Assembly (NCBI GenBank): GCA_046290465.1
Contig: JBKAGP010000001.1
Coordinates: 288,001-352,000, forward strand
Direction of reading: 5' to 3'
DNA length: 64,000 nt
Origin: Planctomycetota bacterium
GTDB lineage: Bacteria; Planctomycetota; UBA1135; UBA2386
Position numbers and translations under genes: made by a program. Under the pieces are notes generated by a model. The model made no database searches, was not told the DNA's origin, and worked only from the letters and a program-made list of their open reading frames with translations. Shown here in pieces: positions 48,617 to 57,619 of this stretch; the first letter of the stretch is position 1; every line of letters starts with the position of its first letter.

Positions 48617-49072
48617 GTGGGCGACTTCCTCGGCGCGTTCGCGGTGCTGGTCCGCGAGCAGCGGTACCTGTTCGTCGCCAACGACCGTGAGATCGACGGG
48701 CGCGTGCAGCGCGTCTGGGACCTGCCCGGTGGCCGCGTCGAGGCCGGCGAACTGCTCGAGGAAGCGCTGCGGCGCGAACTCGACGAGGAGACCGGCCTGC
48801 GGCTGGTCGGTGCGCCGGAGTTCGTGTTCGTGCAGGAGGGCGAGCGCATCGTGCGCGGCGAGCGGCAGTACGCGTGGCGTTCGTTCTTCTTCGCGGTCGA
48901 GGCCGACGGCGAACCGCGCGCCGGCCACGAGGTGCTCGACGTGCGCTGGATGACGCGGGCCGAGATCGAAGCGGAGTGCCACGCGCCGTACCACGACAGC
49001 TTCCGCCACTGGTTGCGCGCCGGCGGTCGCCATTTCGTCAGCGACTGGCGCGATCGCGGCGATTCCGCGTAA
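48617..49072 (+). CDS. NUDIX hydrolase
   Basis: WDLPGGRVEAGELLEEALRRELDEETGL Nudix box. Confidence 0.92.
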   Translation: MGDFLGAFAVLVREQRYLFVANDREIDGRVQRVWDLPGGRVEAGELLEEALRRELDEETGLRLVGAPEFVFVQEGERIVRGERQYAWRSFFFAVEADGEPRAGHEVLDVRWMTRAEIEAECHAPYHDSFRHWLRAGGRHFVSDWRDRGDSA

Positions 49073-49101
49073 CCGTGGCGCGATCCGGTCCCCGATAGCG
49101 T

Positions 49102-50628
49102 GTGGGACTGCTCGCATTCGCGGTGGCGCTGGCGGCGCCGATCTGGACCTGGACGAGTGACGGCTCGCCGCTGCGCATCGGCCTGCGCGTGCCGCGCGAG
49201 GCGGTCGCCGACGGCCTGGCGCTGCGCGGTGAGGGCCAGCTGCAGTGGCGGCCGCTGCCGGTGCGCGGCCACAGCGACGACCGGACTGCGGACAGCGGGG
49301 GGCGCGACGAGGTCTGGATCGAGCTGGCGATCCTGGCGCCGCGAGGGCGCGTGCAGGTGGTGGCCGGAGGGCGCGGGCCGGACCTCGACGGCCGCGGGGC
49401 CGCGTTCGTGCTGCGGCGCGAGCAGCGCCGCGTCGCGCACGGCCTCGAGCAGACCACCCGCTGGGAGTGGTGCGATGGCACCGTCGACGAGCGCTGCCGG
49501 GTGACGTTCACCGCCGCGACCGAGATCGCTGGCGAACGGTTCGAGGCCGGCGAGGGCTGGACCCGGCAGAGCCCCGGCCTCGCGACGCGCGCGCGCTGGT
49601 GGCAGCGCAGGGGGCGCGCCGAGGCAGAGCGCTGCGGGCTGTTGCCGGTGCGGGGACGCGGTGGCGGCACGACCGCGCGGCTGCGGCGGCACCTCGGTGA
49701 GGTCGTCGATGCGCTGGTCGAGATGCCGGGTGCCCGCGGCGCCGGCGACTTCCGTCGCGCCGACGGCGAGGTGACCAACCTCGAGTTCGACACCGCGTTC
49801 GCGCTGCTGCGCTGCGCGGTGGCGCTGCAGCACGCGCGGGCGTTCGCGCTGGCGCAGCGGTGCGCCGCGCAGCTGCGCGACCGCGACCTGGACCTGCGCA
49901 GTGGCCTGCCGTTCGTGCACGGCGTCGACCACCGCACCGGAGTCGTCGAGACCGGCCACGTCTGGCTGCGCGGGCTGCTGTGGGTGGGGCTGTTGACCGC
50001 GGACGACGACGCGCTGGTGGCGGCGCGCGCGCTCGGCCGTTCGCTCGCGGTCAACCTGCCGCAGGGCACGGGCCGCAACGAGCGGCTGCGTTCGTACGCG
50101 TGGCCGCTGGCCGAGCTGGAGGCGCTGCTGCGGGTCACCGACGAGCCGATCGCCGCGCGGGCGGCCGACCGGCTGGCCGCCGCGATCGCGCTGCGCTACG
50201 ACCCGTCGGCCTGCACCTGGCGGTTCGGCGAGGGCCGGCAGCGCGACGGCAGCCACTTCGAGCGCGCCTGGTTGACCGCGGGCCTGCTGCTGCCTGCCCT
50301 GCGCGCACACCACGCTCGCCGGCCCGCCGAGCCGCTGCGCGACCAGATCGATGCGGCGAGCAAGCGGCTCGCCAACGAGGTCGGCCGCGGCGTGCGCGGC
50401 CTGCCGACGCACTACCGGCTACGGCGCGGCCGATCGTTCGCGCACCACTTCGAGCGCGGCACGGTGTGCTCGACCTGGCTGCTCGAGGCTTTCGACGCCC
50501 GGCGCCAGCGGCAGCTGCTCGGCCGCGCCGCCGTGCGCCGCGCCACCACCGCCCTGCCCGCCCTCGACGACCCCGACCTGCCCACCACCTTCACCATGCT
50601 CGCCCGCTGCGACTGGCCCTGGCACTGA
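49102..50628 (+). CDS. Hypothetical protein with an alpha/alpha-toroid domain, distantly YetA/PL26-lyase-like
   Basis: GARGAGDF...TNLEFD, GHVW..GL, RSYAWPL motifs; start uncertain. Confidence 0.45.
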   Translation: MGLLAFAVALAAPIWTWTSDGSPLRIGLRVPREAVADGLALRGEGQLQWRPLPVRGHSDDRTADSGGRDEVWIELAILAPRGRVQVVAGGRGPDLDGRGAAFVLRREQRRVAHGLEQTTRWEWCDGTVDERCRVTFTAATEIAGERFEAGEGWTRQSPGLATRARWWQRRGRAEAERCGLLPVRGRGGGTTARLRRHLGEVVDALVEMPGARGAGDFRRADGEVTNLEFDTAFALLRCAVALQHARAFALAQRCAAQLRDRDLDLRSGLPFVHGVDHRTGVVETGHVWLRGLLWVGLLTADDDALVAARALGRSLAVNLPQGTGRNERLRSYAWPLAELEALLRVTDEPIAARAADRLAAAIALRYDPSACTWRFGEGRQRDGSHFERAWLTAGLLLPALRAHHARRPAEPLRDQIDAASKRLANEVGRGVRGLPTHYRLRRGRSFAHHFERGTVCSTWLLEAFDARRQRQLLGRAAVRRATTALPALDDPDLPTTFTMLARCDWPWH

Positions 50629-50632
50629 CCCC

Positions 50633-50678
50633 AAACGTTGCCGTACGGTACGCGGTTCGTCCGACAACCTTCGCGGCG
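50633..50678 (+). repeat. Dispersed ~45-bp intergenic repeat, copy B
   Basis: aaacgttgccgtacggtacgcggttcgtccgacaaccttcgcggcg; matches the reverse complement of 14033-14078. Lies between convergent genes. Confidence 0.75.
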
Positions 50679-50684
50679 CCGGCC

Positions 50685-52127
50685 TCACCCGCCGATCTTC
50701 AGCGTGCCGACCAGGTCGCGGTCGCCGCGCAGCACGATGAACTTCAGCTCCTTGCCGCGCTGCTCCTGGCACAGGCGGGCCAGGTCGACGCGCGAGTTGA
50801 GCGGCAGTTCGCGTTCGCCGAAGCGACCGCGCACGATCAGGCCGAGGATCAGGTCGCCCTTCTCGATGCCGGTGCGGCTGGCGGGGGAGTCGGGCGCGAC
50901 GTCGGTGACCCGCAGCGTCGCCGGGAACAGCGCCACCCGACGCAGGCCACTGCCGCGGTAGAACGCGTAGGTCGCCTCGCGCACCAGCCGCTGGTTCTCC
51001 TCGACGTCGATCTCGTCGATGCGCACGCCGAGGCCGGTCAGGATGGTGCCGTCGGCGCGCGGGATCGGCCGGGTCTCGAGCTGGCGGGCGCGGCCGCCGC
51101 GTTCGATCGTCATCGGCACCGTGCGCGCGTCGGCCAGGTCGAAGAAGTGGCGCAAATAGTCGATCGACGTGCGCACGTCGTGCTCGCCGATCCGGGTCAG
51201 CACGTCGCCGACGCGCACGCCGGCGAGCTCCGCCGGGCCGCCGGTGACGACCTCGCGCACCACGACCTTACCGTCGCGGTCGGCGACCTCGAGGCCGAGC
51301 CACGGCGCGTTGCCGTTGGCGACGAAGCTGGTGCTCTGCAGCAGCTGCCGCTGGAACTCCTTGCGCACGACGTCCATCGGGATCGCGAAGCCGATGTTCT
51401 CGGCGCCCGCCGACATCGCGTTGTTGATGCCGACCAGGCGGCCGGTGATGTCGAGCAGCGCGCCGCCGCTGTTGCCCTGGTTGATCGCCGCGTCGGTCTG
51501 CAGCAGATCCTTGTACTCGCGCACCACGCCGTCGGGTGCGCGCACCTGGATCGAACGGCCGGTCGCCGACAGCACGCCGCTGGTGACCGTGTTGGCGTGG
51601 CCCTGCGGGTTGCCGATCGCGATCACGGTCTCGCCGATCATCAGGTCGGAAGAGCGACCGATCTCGATCGGCTGGACCCGCTCGTCGCCTTCGAGCTCCA
51701 GCTGCAGCAGCGCCAGGTCGCGAACCGGCGTCGAGCTGAGCACGCGGGCCTTGCGCTCGCGGCCGTCGCGCAGCTTTACGAGCACACCGTAGTTGCGGCC
51801 GCTGCGTTCGCCGAGCAGCACCGGCGCGATGACGTGCCAGTTGGTGATCACCAGGCCGCTGTCGTCGAGCAGCACGCCGGAGCCCTGGCCCTCGGTCACC
51901 GGCTGGCGCCGGGCCAGCTGGTTCTGCAGGTAGATGCTGACGACGCTGTCGGCGGCGCGCTGCACGGCGCGCACCACCGGGGTCATGCGCAGGGCGCGGT
52001 CGTCGGCGTTCGGTTCGACCACCTGCAGCGGGGAGCCGCGGTCGGTCAACGGTTGGTCCTGGGCCGGCACCGCCACGGCGGCGGACAGCACGGCGAACGG
52101 CAACAGCAGCGGGATCCACTTGCGCAT
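50685..52127 (-). CDS. HtrA/DegP-like trypsin serine protease with PDZ domains
   Basis: GSGV, TNWHV, DLALL, QTDAAINQGNSGG, two PDZ-like segments; signal peptide. Confidence 0.92.
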   Translation of the reverse strand: MRKWIPLLLPFAVLSAAVAVPAQDQPLTDRGSPLQVVEPNADDRALRMTPVVRAVQRAADSVVSIYLQNQLARRQPVTEGQGSGVLLDDSGLVITNWHVIAPVLLGERSGRNYGVLVKLRDGRERKARVLSSTPVRDLALLQLELEGDERVQPIEIGRSSDLMIGETVIAIGNPQGHANTVTSGVLSATGRSIQVRAPDGVVREYKDLLQTDAAINQGNSGGALLDITGRLVGINNAMSAGAENIGFAIPMDVVRKEFQRQLLQSTSFVANGNAPWLGLEVADRDGKVVVREVVTGGPAELAGVRVGDVLTRIGEHDVRTSIDYLRHFFDLADARTVPMTIERGGRARQLETRPIPRADGTILTGLGVRIDEIDVEENQRLVREATYAFYRGSGLRRVALFPATLRVTDVAPDSPASRTGIEKGDLILGLIVRGRFGERELPLNSRVDLARLCQEQRGKELKFIVLRGDRDLVGTLKIGG

Positions 52128-52219
52128 GTCGGCTCCTACGATCGAACTCCGAAAAGCCTCCCCGACAGCGGGGGGTGCGGTCTGTTGCGACACGTCGCGG
52201 CCTGCGACAATGCCCGGAC

Positions 52220-52621
52220 ATGTTCTACCGGTTCGACACGGAAGTGCCGCTGCGTTGGGTCGATGTCGACTCCGCCGGCGTGGTCAACAACGCCGTCTAC
52301 CTGAGCCTGATGGAGCAGGCGCGGTTCGCCTACTTCTCGCACCTCGGGCTGATGACCGACCAACGCGTGCCGTTCGTCCTGGCGGAAGCGACCGTGCAGT
52401 GGCTGCGCCCCGGCCGGCTCGGCATGAACGTCACGGTCGCCGCTGCGACGACCCGGCTCGGCAATGCGAGCTTTGACATGCAGTACGAGATCCGCTCCGG
52501 CGAGGAGGTGCTGTGCAAGGCCAAGGCGGCGCTGGTGTTCGTCGACGAGGCGATGCAGTCGTGCCCGATCCCGCAGCAGTTCCGCGAGACCGTGGCGCAG
52601 TTCGAAGAACTCGACGGCTGA
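52220..52621 (+). CDS. Acyl-CoA thioesterase (4HBT/YbgC hotdog fold)
   Basis: RWVDVDSAGVVNNAVYL.LMEQAR. Confidence 0.9.
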   Translation: MFYRFDTEVPLRWVDVDSAGVVNNAVYLSLMEQARFAYFSHLGLMTDQRVPFVLAEATVQWLRPGRLGMNVTVAAATTRLGNASFDMQYEIRSGEEVLCKAKAALVFVDEAMQSCPIPQQFRETVAQFEELDG

Positions 52622-52715
52622 CGCGCGCCCGGCCAGCAGGCGCAGGCACGAACGGTACGGCATTCCCGGTTGTTCGTCCTGCAGGCGGGGCCCAAGCCTC
52701 GTAATGTTGCCGCCG

Positions 52716-55667
52716 ATGCGATCCCAGCTGACCGTTGCCCGCGCGCTCGTGTTCGCGCTCCTCGCCCCGATGCTCTCGGCGCAGGGGGAGGACGAACAGG
52801 AATACGCGGAGCTGCTCGCCGACGGCCAGCGCAAGCTGCTGGCCGGGCGCGTGCTCGAGGCCGAGCAGGCGTTCGAAGAGCTGTTCGAGTACCTGACCGA
52901 AGACGGCGTCGACGCCGACGACCGCTACTACGTCGCCGCGACCGTCGGCCTGCAGACGATCGAGCTGCGCCGCGGCAACTACCTCGAGGCGCAGCGCGGC
53001 CTGAAGCGGCTGCCGGCCGCCGCGCAGGCCGACCCCGAGGTCGTCTGGGTGCTGGCCGAGACCTACAAGCGGCTCGGCGACTACGACCGGGCGGCCGCGC
53101 TGCTGCGCCAGCTGGTCGAACGCGACCCCGCCGACGCGCGCGCCCGGCATCGCCTCGGCGTCGTGCTGCACGGCGCCGGCAAGCGCGGCGAGGCGGCCGA
53201 GCTGTGGCAGCAGAACGCCGCGCTCGAACCCGATCCGAAGGACGCGCTGCAGCTCGCCTACGTCGGTCGTTCGCTCTACGAACTCGGCGGCCGCCGCAAC
53301 TACGAACGGGCCAGCCGCATGTTCGTCGACAGCATCCAGCTCGCGCCCGAGCGCCCGGAGGCCCGCACCGCGCTCGGGCTGCTGAAGTACGAGGCCTACG
53401 GCGAGGCGGCCGGCTTCCCGTCGGGCGAGAAGGACCTCAAGAAGGTGCTCGACGTCAACGGCGACGACGAGGAGGCGCTGCTGACGATGTTCAAGATCCG
53501 TCGCGCCAACATGGTGCTCGACGGCGACAAGACCGAGGGCTTCCTCAACCGCGTGCTCGACCGCAACCCGCGCTGCGCCGAGGCGCTGCTGCTGCGCGCG
53601 GCGCGGGTGCTCGACGACCGCCGCTTCGAGGAGGCCGCGCGCCGCATCGACGACGTGCTGGCGATCGACCCGAGCTATCGCGAGGCGCTGTGCCACCGAG
53701 CGGCGGCCGCGATGCTGCTGCGCCGCGACGAGGAGTACCGTTCGTTCCGCGACAAGGCGCTGGCGGGCGATCCAACCTGGCCCGAATGCGACCGCATCCT
53801 CGGGGACCACCTGTCGTCGCTCTACCGCTTCGCCGACTCGATCCCGTTCTTCGAGGCGGCGCTGCAAAAGCAGCCGGACCACGTGTCGTCGATGCACGGC
53901 CTCGCCAAGGCGCTGATCTACACCGGCGACGGCAAGCGCGCCCGCGACCTGTTGCTGGCTGCCAAGGAGATCGAGAAGGCGATGGTCGACCCGTGGCGCA
54001 ACAACGCGATCGCGGTGCAGGAGCTGCTCGACGAACAGTACGAGGCCGTCGAGCACGGCCCGTTCACGATGCTGCTGCACAAGGAGGACGCCGACGTGCT
54101 GCGCGCCTACCTGCTGCCGATCCAGCTGGAGGCGGTCGAGGTGCTCGGCAAGAAGTACGGCTGGCAGCCCGAGGGCAAGACCACGGTCGAGGTGTTCCAC
54201 ACCTGGGACGACTTCTCGGTGCGTACGATCGGCTTCCGCGGCTTCACCGCACTCGGCGCGTGCTTCGGCCGGCTGATCACGCTGGTGTCGCCGGTCGACG
54301 TCGACCTGCGCCGTCAGGACTTCATGTGGGAGGCGACCGCGTGGCACGAGTACACCCACGTGCTGACGCTCGGCCTCAGCAACAACCGCGTGCCGCGCTG
54401 GCTGACCGAGGGCTTCTCGGTCTACGAAGAACGCGCCCGCGACACCTCGTGGGAACGCGGCATGGACCGCGAGCTGTTCGACGCGTTCCACAACCGCGAC
54501 ATCCCGCCGGTACGGATCATGAACCGGCTGTTCCGCGGGCCGCGCATCCTGTTCGGCTACTACCAGGGGGGCCTGATCGTCGAGCTGATCACCAAGAAGT
54601 ACGGCTTCGACAAGGCGCTCGAGCTGCTGCGCGCGTTCGGCGACGACCAGGGCATCGAACGGGCGTTCGAGCGCGCGGTCGGCATGAGTTCGCGCGCGTT
54701 CGATCGCCTGCTGCTCGAGTACATCGAGAACGACCTGCTGCGCGGCATCGATCTGGTCCAGCGGTTCGACCAGAACACGATCGGCCAGCGCATGATCGAC
54801 GCGCGCAACGATCCGAGCGACCTCGGCGCCCGCATCGACCTGGCGTGGGCCGGGCTGCAGCAGGACAACCCGGTCGACGCCGGCCGCTGGCTGGCGGAGG
54901 TGCTGCGCACCGACCCCGACCACCCCGACGGCATGCTGGTGCGCGCCGAGATGCTGCGCCGCCGCGGCCAGCTCGAGGCGGCCGTCGAGCACTACAAGAA
55001 GGGCTTCTCGCTCGGCGCCGACGACTTCGACTCGCGGATCCGCTGTGGCGAGGTGTTGCTCGAACTCGGCAACACCGACGCGGCGATCGACATGTTCCAG
55101 CGCGCCAAGGCCTGCTGGCCGTCGTGCACCGAGCAGGCGACCGCACCGGAGCTGCGTCTTGCCAAGATCTATCGCGACCAGGGCGAACGAACCCAGGCGC
55201 AGATGGAGATGAAGTCGTACGTGCGCCGCACGGCGCGCGCGTTCGTGCCGCGCTACACGCTGGCGGAGTTCGAGCGGGAGGCCGGCAACCGCAACGAGGA
55301 GCTGCGGCTGTTGCTCGAGTGCAACCGGATCGATCCGTTCTATCGCGAACTGCACGAGCGCATGGGCGACGCCTACGAGGCGCTCGGCAAAGAGGCGCAG
55401 GCGGCGCTCGAGTTCGAGGTCGCGGCGGCGGTGCGGGCCGACCAGGACCGCGCCTACATGCGGCCCGACGCGACGGCGCCGGCGGTCGACAGCGACGAAG
55501 AGCGCGCTGCGCGCGGCGCGCTGTGGCTGCGCGCGGCGAAGCTGCGGCACCAGCTCGGGGACCGCGAGCGACGCGATACCCTGTTGCAGCGGGTGCTTCA
55601 AGAAGCGGCTGGCAGCGACGCTGCGGCCGATGCGCGCGAGCTGCAGCAAGAGTGGCGAGGCCGCTGA
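52716..55667 (+). CDS. Exported TPR-repeat protein with an internal MA-clan (gluzincin) metallopeptidase domain
   Basis: Signal peptide; many TPRs flanking WHEYTH...PRWLTEG. Confidence 0.85.
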   Translation: MRSQLTVARALVFALLAPMLSAQGEDEQEYAELLADGQRKLLAGRVLEAEQAFEELFEYLTEDGVDADDRYYVAATVGLQTIELRRGNYLEAQRGLKRLPAAAQADPEVVWVLAETYKRLGDYDRAAALLRQLVERDPADARARHRLGVVLHGAGKRGEAAELWQQNAALEPDPKDALQLAYVGRSLYELGGRRNYERASRMFVDSIQLAPERPEARTALGLLKYEAYGEAAGFPSGEKDLKKVLDVNGDDEEALLTMFKIRRANMVLDGDKTEGFLNRVLDRNPRCAEALLLRAARVLDDRRFEEAARRIDDVLAIDPSYREALCHRAAAAMLLRRDEEYRSFRDKALAGDPTWPECDRILGDHLSSLYRFADSIPFFEAALQKQPDHVSSMHGLAKALIYTGDGKRARDLLLAAKEIEKAMVDPWRNNAIAVQELLDEQYEAVEHGPFTMLLHKEDADVLRAYLLPIQLEAVEVLGKKYGWQPEGKTTVEVFHTWDDFSVRTIGFRGFTALGACFGRLITLVSPVDVDLRRQDFMWEATAWHEYTHVLTLGLSNNRVPRWLTEGFSVYEERARDTSWERGMDRELFDAFHNRDIPPVRIMNRLFRGPRILFGYYQGGLIVELITKKYGFDKALELLRAFGDDQGIERAFERAVGMSSRAFDRLLLEYIENDLLRGIDLVQRFDQNTIGQRMIDARNDPSDLGARIDLAWAGLQQDNPVDAGRWLAEVLRTDPDHPDGMLVRAEMLRRRGQLEAAVEHYKKGFSLGADDFDSRIRCGEVLLELGNTDAAIDMFQRAKACWPSCTEQATAPELRLAKIYRDQGERTQAQMEMKSYVRRTARAFVPRYTLAEFEREAGNRNEELRLLLECNRIDPFYRELHERMGDAYEALGKEAQAALEFEVAAAVRADQDRAYMRPDATAPAVDSDEERAARGALWLRAAKLRHQLGDRERRDTLLQRVLQEAAGSDAAADARELQQEWRGR

Positions 55668-55742
55668 CGAGTTGGTAGCGTTGGCCCTCCGACTTTTGCG
55701 GGCGTCGTCGGTCGCGACGCCCCGTCGGAGCAGAAGCCACAC

Positions 55743-56975
55743 ATGCTGCCGTTGCTCGAAGACAGTTGGACCCGCGTCCAGGCCACGTTGCGTGACCGCG
55801 TCGGGTCCGCGACGTTCGACGCCTGGCTCAAGGGGCTGCGGCCGGTGCTGCTCGAGCGCGGCACCGTGTACTTCGAGGCGGACACGCGGCTGGCGGCGGA
55901 CCGCGTGCGGGCGCTGTTCCGCAACGCGATCTCCGAGGTGCTGTCGCAGGACTTCGGCACCGAGCTGAAGGTCGAGATCCAGTCCGAGGTGACCGATCGC
56001 TTCGATGCGCTCGAGGTCTCGCCGCAGCGGCCGGTGATCGACGACGGCAACCGCACCGCGCACCTGGTGCTGCAGAGCCTGATCCCGGGCCAGAACCGGC
56101 TGCCGTTCGGCGACGAACTGCCGCGCACGCGGCTGGTGCCGGCGAGCCTCTACGTCTTCCACGGCCCGTCGGGCGTCGGCAAGACGTTCCTGCTGAACTG
56201 GTGGCGCGAACAGATGCCGCTGCGCTCGCTCTGGTACGACCTGCCCGAGCTGCTCAAGGTGTTCCAGCGCGTGCACCAGGACAAGCGCGTGCCCGAGCTG
56301 TTCGACGAGCTGGTCGCGGACCTGCCGCTGGTGATCGACGAGGCGCACCGGATCTCGCACAAGCCGAAGCTGCAGGCCTTCCTGCAGCAGGTGCTGGAGG
56401 CGCGCGCCGCGCACGGCTCGCCGACGATCCTCGCCTCGCGCTGGCACCCCAAGGACGTGCGCGACCTCGACGCGTCGCTGCAGTCGTCGTGGATGGCCGG
56501 GTTCGTCGCGAGCATCGAACGTCCGGGGCCGCTCGGTCGCCTGCGCTACCTGCGCGCGCTCGAGGGCTCACCGTCGCGCAACGGCCGCGCGCCGCAGATC
56601 GAGGCGTTGGCGCAGAAGACCGTCGGCGGCTACCCGGAGTTGCGCGCGGCCTGGGCGAAGTCGCGCGGCGAGTCGTTACCGCCGCGCTACCTGGAGCTGA
56701 TCGATCCGCGCACGGTGTTCCATCGCGTGCGCGACCGCGTCGCCGAGCGCTTCGACGTGAGCGTCGACGACCTGTGCGGCAAGGGCCAGAGCCGCGCCGT
56801 GTCGCGCGCCCGCAAGGTGCTCGCCAAGCTGTGCCAGCACCATGGCCTGAAGGGCAGCGAGATCGGCAACTTCCTCGGCCGCACCCGCGCGGCGGTCAGC
56901 TACATGGTGCTGTCGCTCGAGAAGGAGCTGGAGAAGACGCCGGAGCTGCGCGCGCTGATCGAGGAGCTGCAGTGA
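55743..56975 (+). CDS. Divergent DnaA-like protein (domain I, AAA+ domain, domain IV HTH)
   Basis: W..V...L...VGSATFDAWLK.L (DnaA_N); LYVFHGPSGVGKT; LVIDEAH; VAERFDVSVDDL...SRAVSRAR...SEIG.FLGR. Confidence 0.85.
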   Translation: MLPLLEDSWTRVQATLRDRVGSATFDAWLKGLRPVLLERGTVYFEADTRLAADRVRALFRNAISEVLSQDFGTELKVEIQSEVTDRFDALEVSPQRPVIDDGNRTAHLVLQSLIPGQNRLPFGDELPRTRLVPASLYVFHGPSGVGKTFLLNWWREQMPLRSLWYDLPELLKVFQRVHQDKRVPELFDELVADLPLVIDEAHRISHKPKLQAFLQQVLEARAAHGSPTILASRWHPKDVRDLDASLQSSWMAGFVASIERPGPLGRLRYLRALEGSPSRNGRAPQIEALAQKTVGGYPELRAAWAKSRGESLPPRYLELIDPRTVFHRVRDRVAERFDVSVDDLCGKGQSRAVSRARKVLAKLCQHHGLKGSEIGNFLGRTRAAVSYMVLSLEKELEKTPELRALIEELQ

Positions 56976-57619
56976 GCTGCTACGTCGCGCTCGACGGGCC
57001 CGACGGGTGCGGCAAGAGCACGCAGGCAGCCGCGCTCGCGACCTGGCTCGACGCCGAGGGGGCCGACGTGCTGCACGTGCGCGAGCCCGGCTCGACGCCG
57101 GTCGGCGAGGCGCTGCGCGAACTGCTGCTGTCGCCGGCGACCGGCGACCTGCAGCCGATCAGTGAAGTGCTGCTGTTCTCGGCGGCGCGCGCCGAACTGA
57201 TGCAGCGGGTGGTCCGGCCGGCGCTGCAGGCGGGCAAGGTCGTCGTGGCCGAACGCTGCTACCTGTCGACGATGGTCTACCAGCTGCTCGCCGCCGAGCG
57301 GCCGTCGCCCGGCGTGCTCGACCCGGTCTGGTTCGAGGACCTGACGCGGCGCGTGCACGGCGACTGCCTGCCGGACGCGATCTTCCTGCTCGACGTCGCG
57401 CCCGAGGTGTCGGCGCAGCGGCGCGGCCGCCGCAGCGGCGGCGACGACCGCATCGAGGCGCGCGGCGACGACTACCACCGCCGGGTGCGCGACGGCTACC
57501 TGCGGGCGGCGGCGCGCGAACCACGCGCGGCCGTGTTCGACGCCGGCGGCGACTTCGAGGTTCTGCAGCAGCAACTGCGCCAACGGGTCGCGGTGCTGGC
57601 CCAGGAGGTGCGTCGATGA
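56972..57619 (+). CDS. tmk: Thymidylate kinase
   Basis: DGPDGCGKSTQ, REPGSTPVGE, E.LLFSAAR, ERC.LST.VYQ, DRIE; GTGA overlap. Confidence 0.93.
   Translation: MSCYVALDGPDGCGKSTQAAALATWLDAEGADVLHVREPGSTPVGEALRELLLSPATGDLQPISEVLLFSAARAELMQRVVRPALQAGKVVVAERCYLSTMVYQLLAAERPSPGVLDPVWFEDLTRRVHGDCLPDAIFLLDVAPEVSAQRRGRRSGGDDRIEARGDDYHRRVRDGYLRAAAREPRAAVFDAGGDFEVLQQQLRQRVAVLAQEVRR

Noticed and set aside
55668..55742. oriC next to the DnaA-like gene
   Set aside because: No TTATNCACA boxes or AT-rich unwinding element; intergenic space is only 75 bp upstream and absent downstream.
52431..56447. Very long antisense or alternative-frame ORFs (also 2551-5553, 40371-44171, 43028-46744, 59129-61747)
   Set aside because: They are shadows of genuine genes in GC-rich DNA where stop codons are scarce, and they carry no recognisable motifs.
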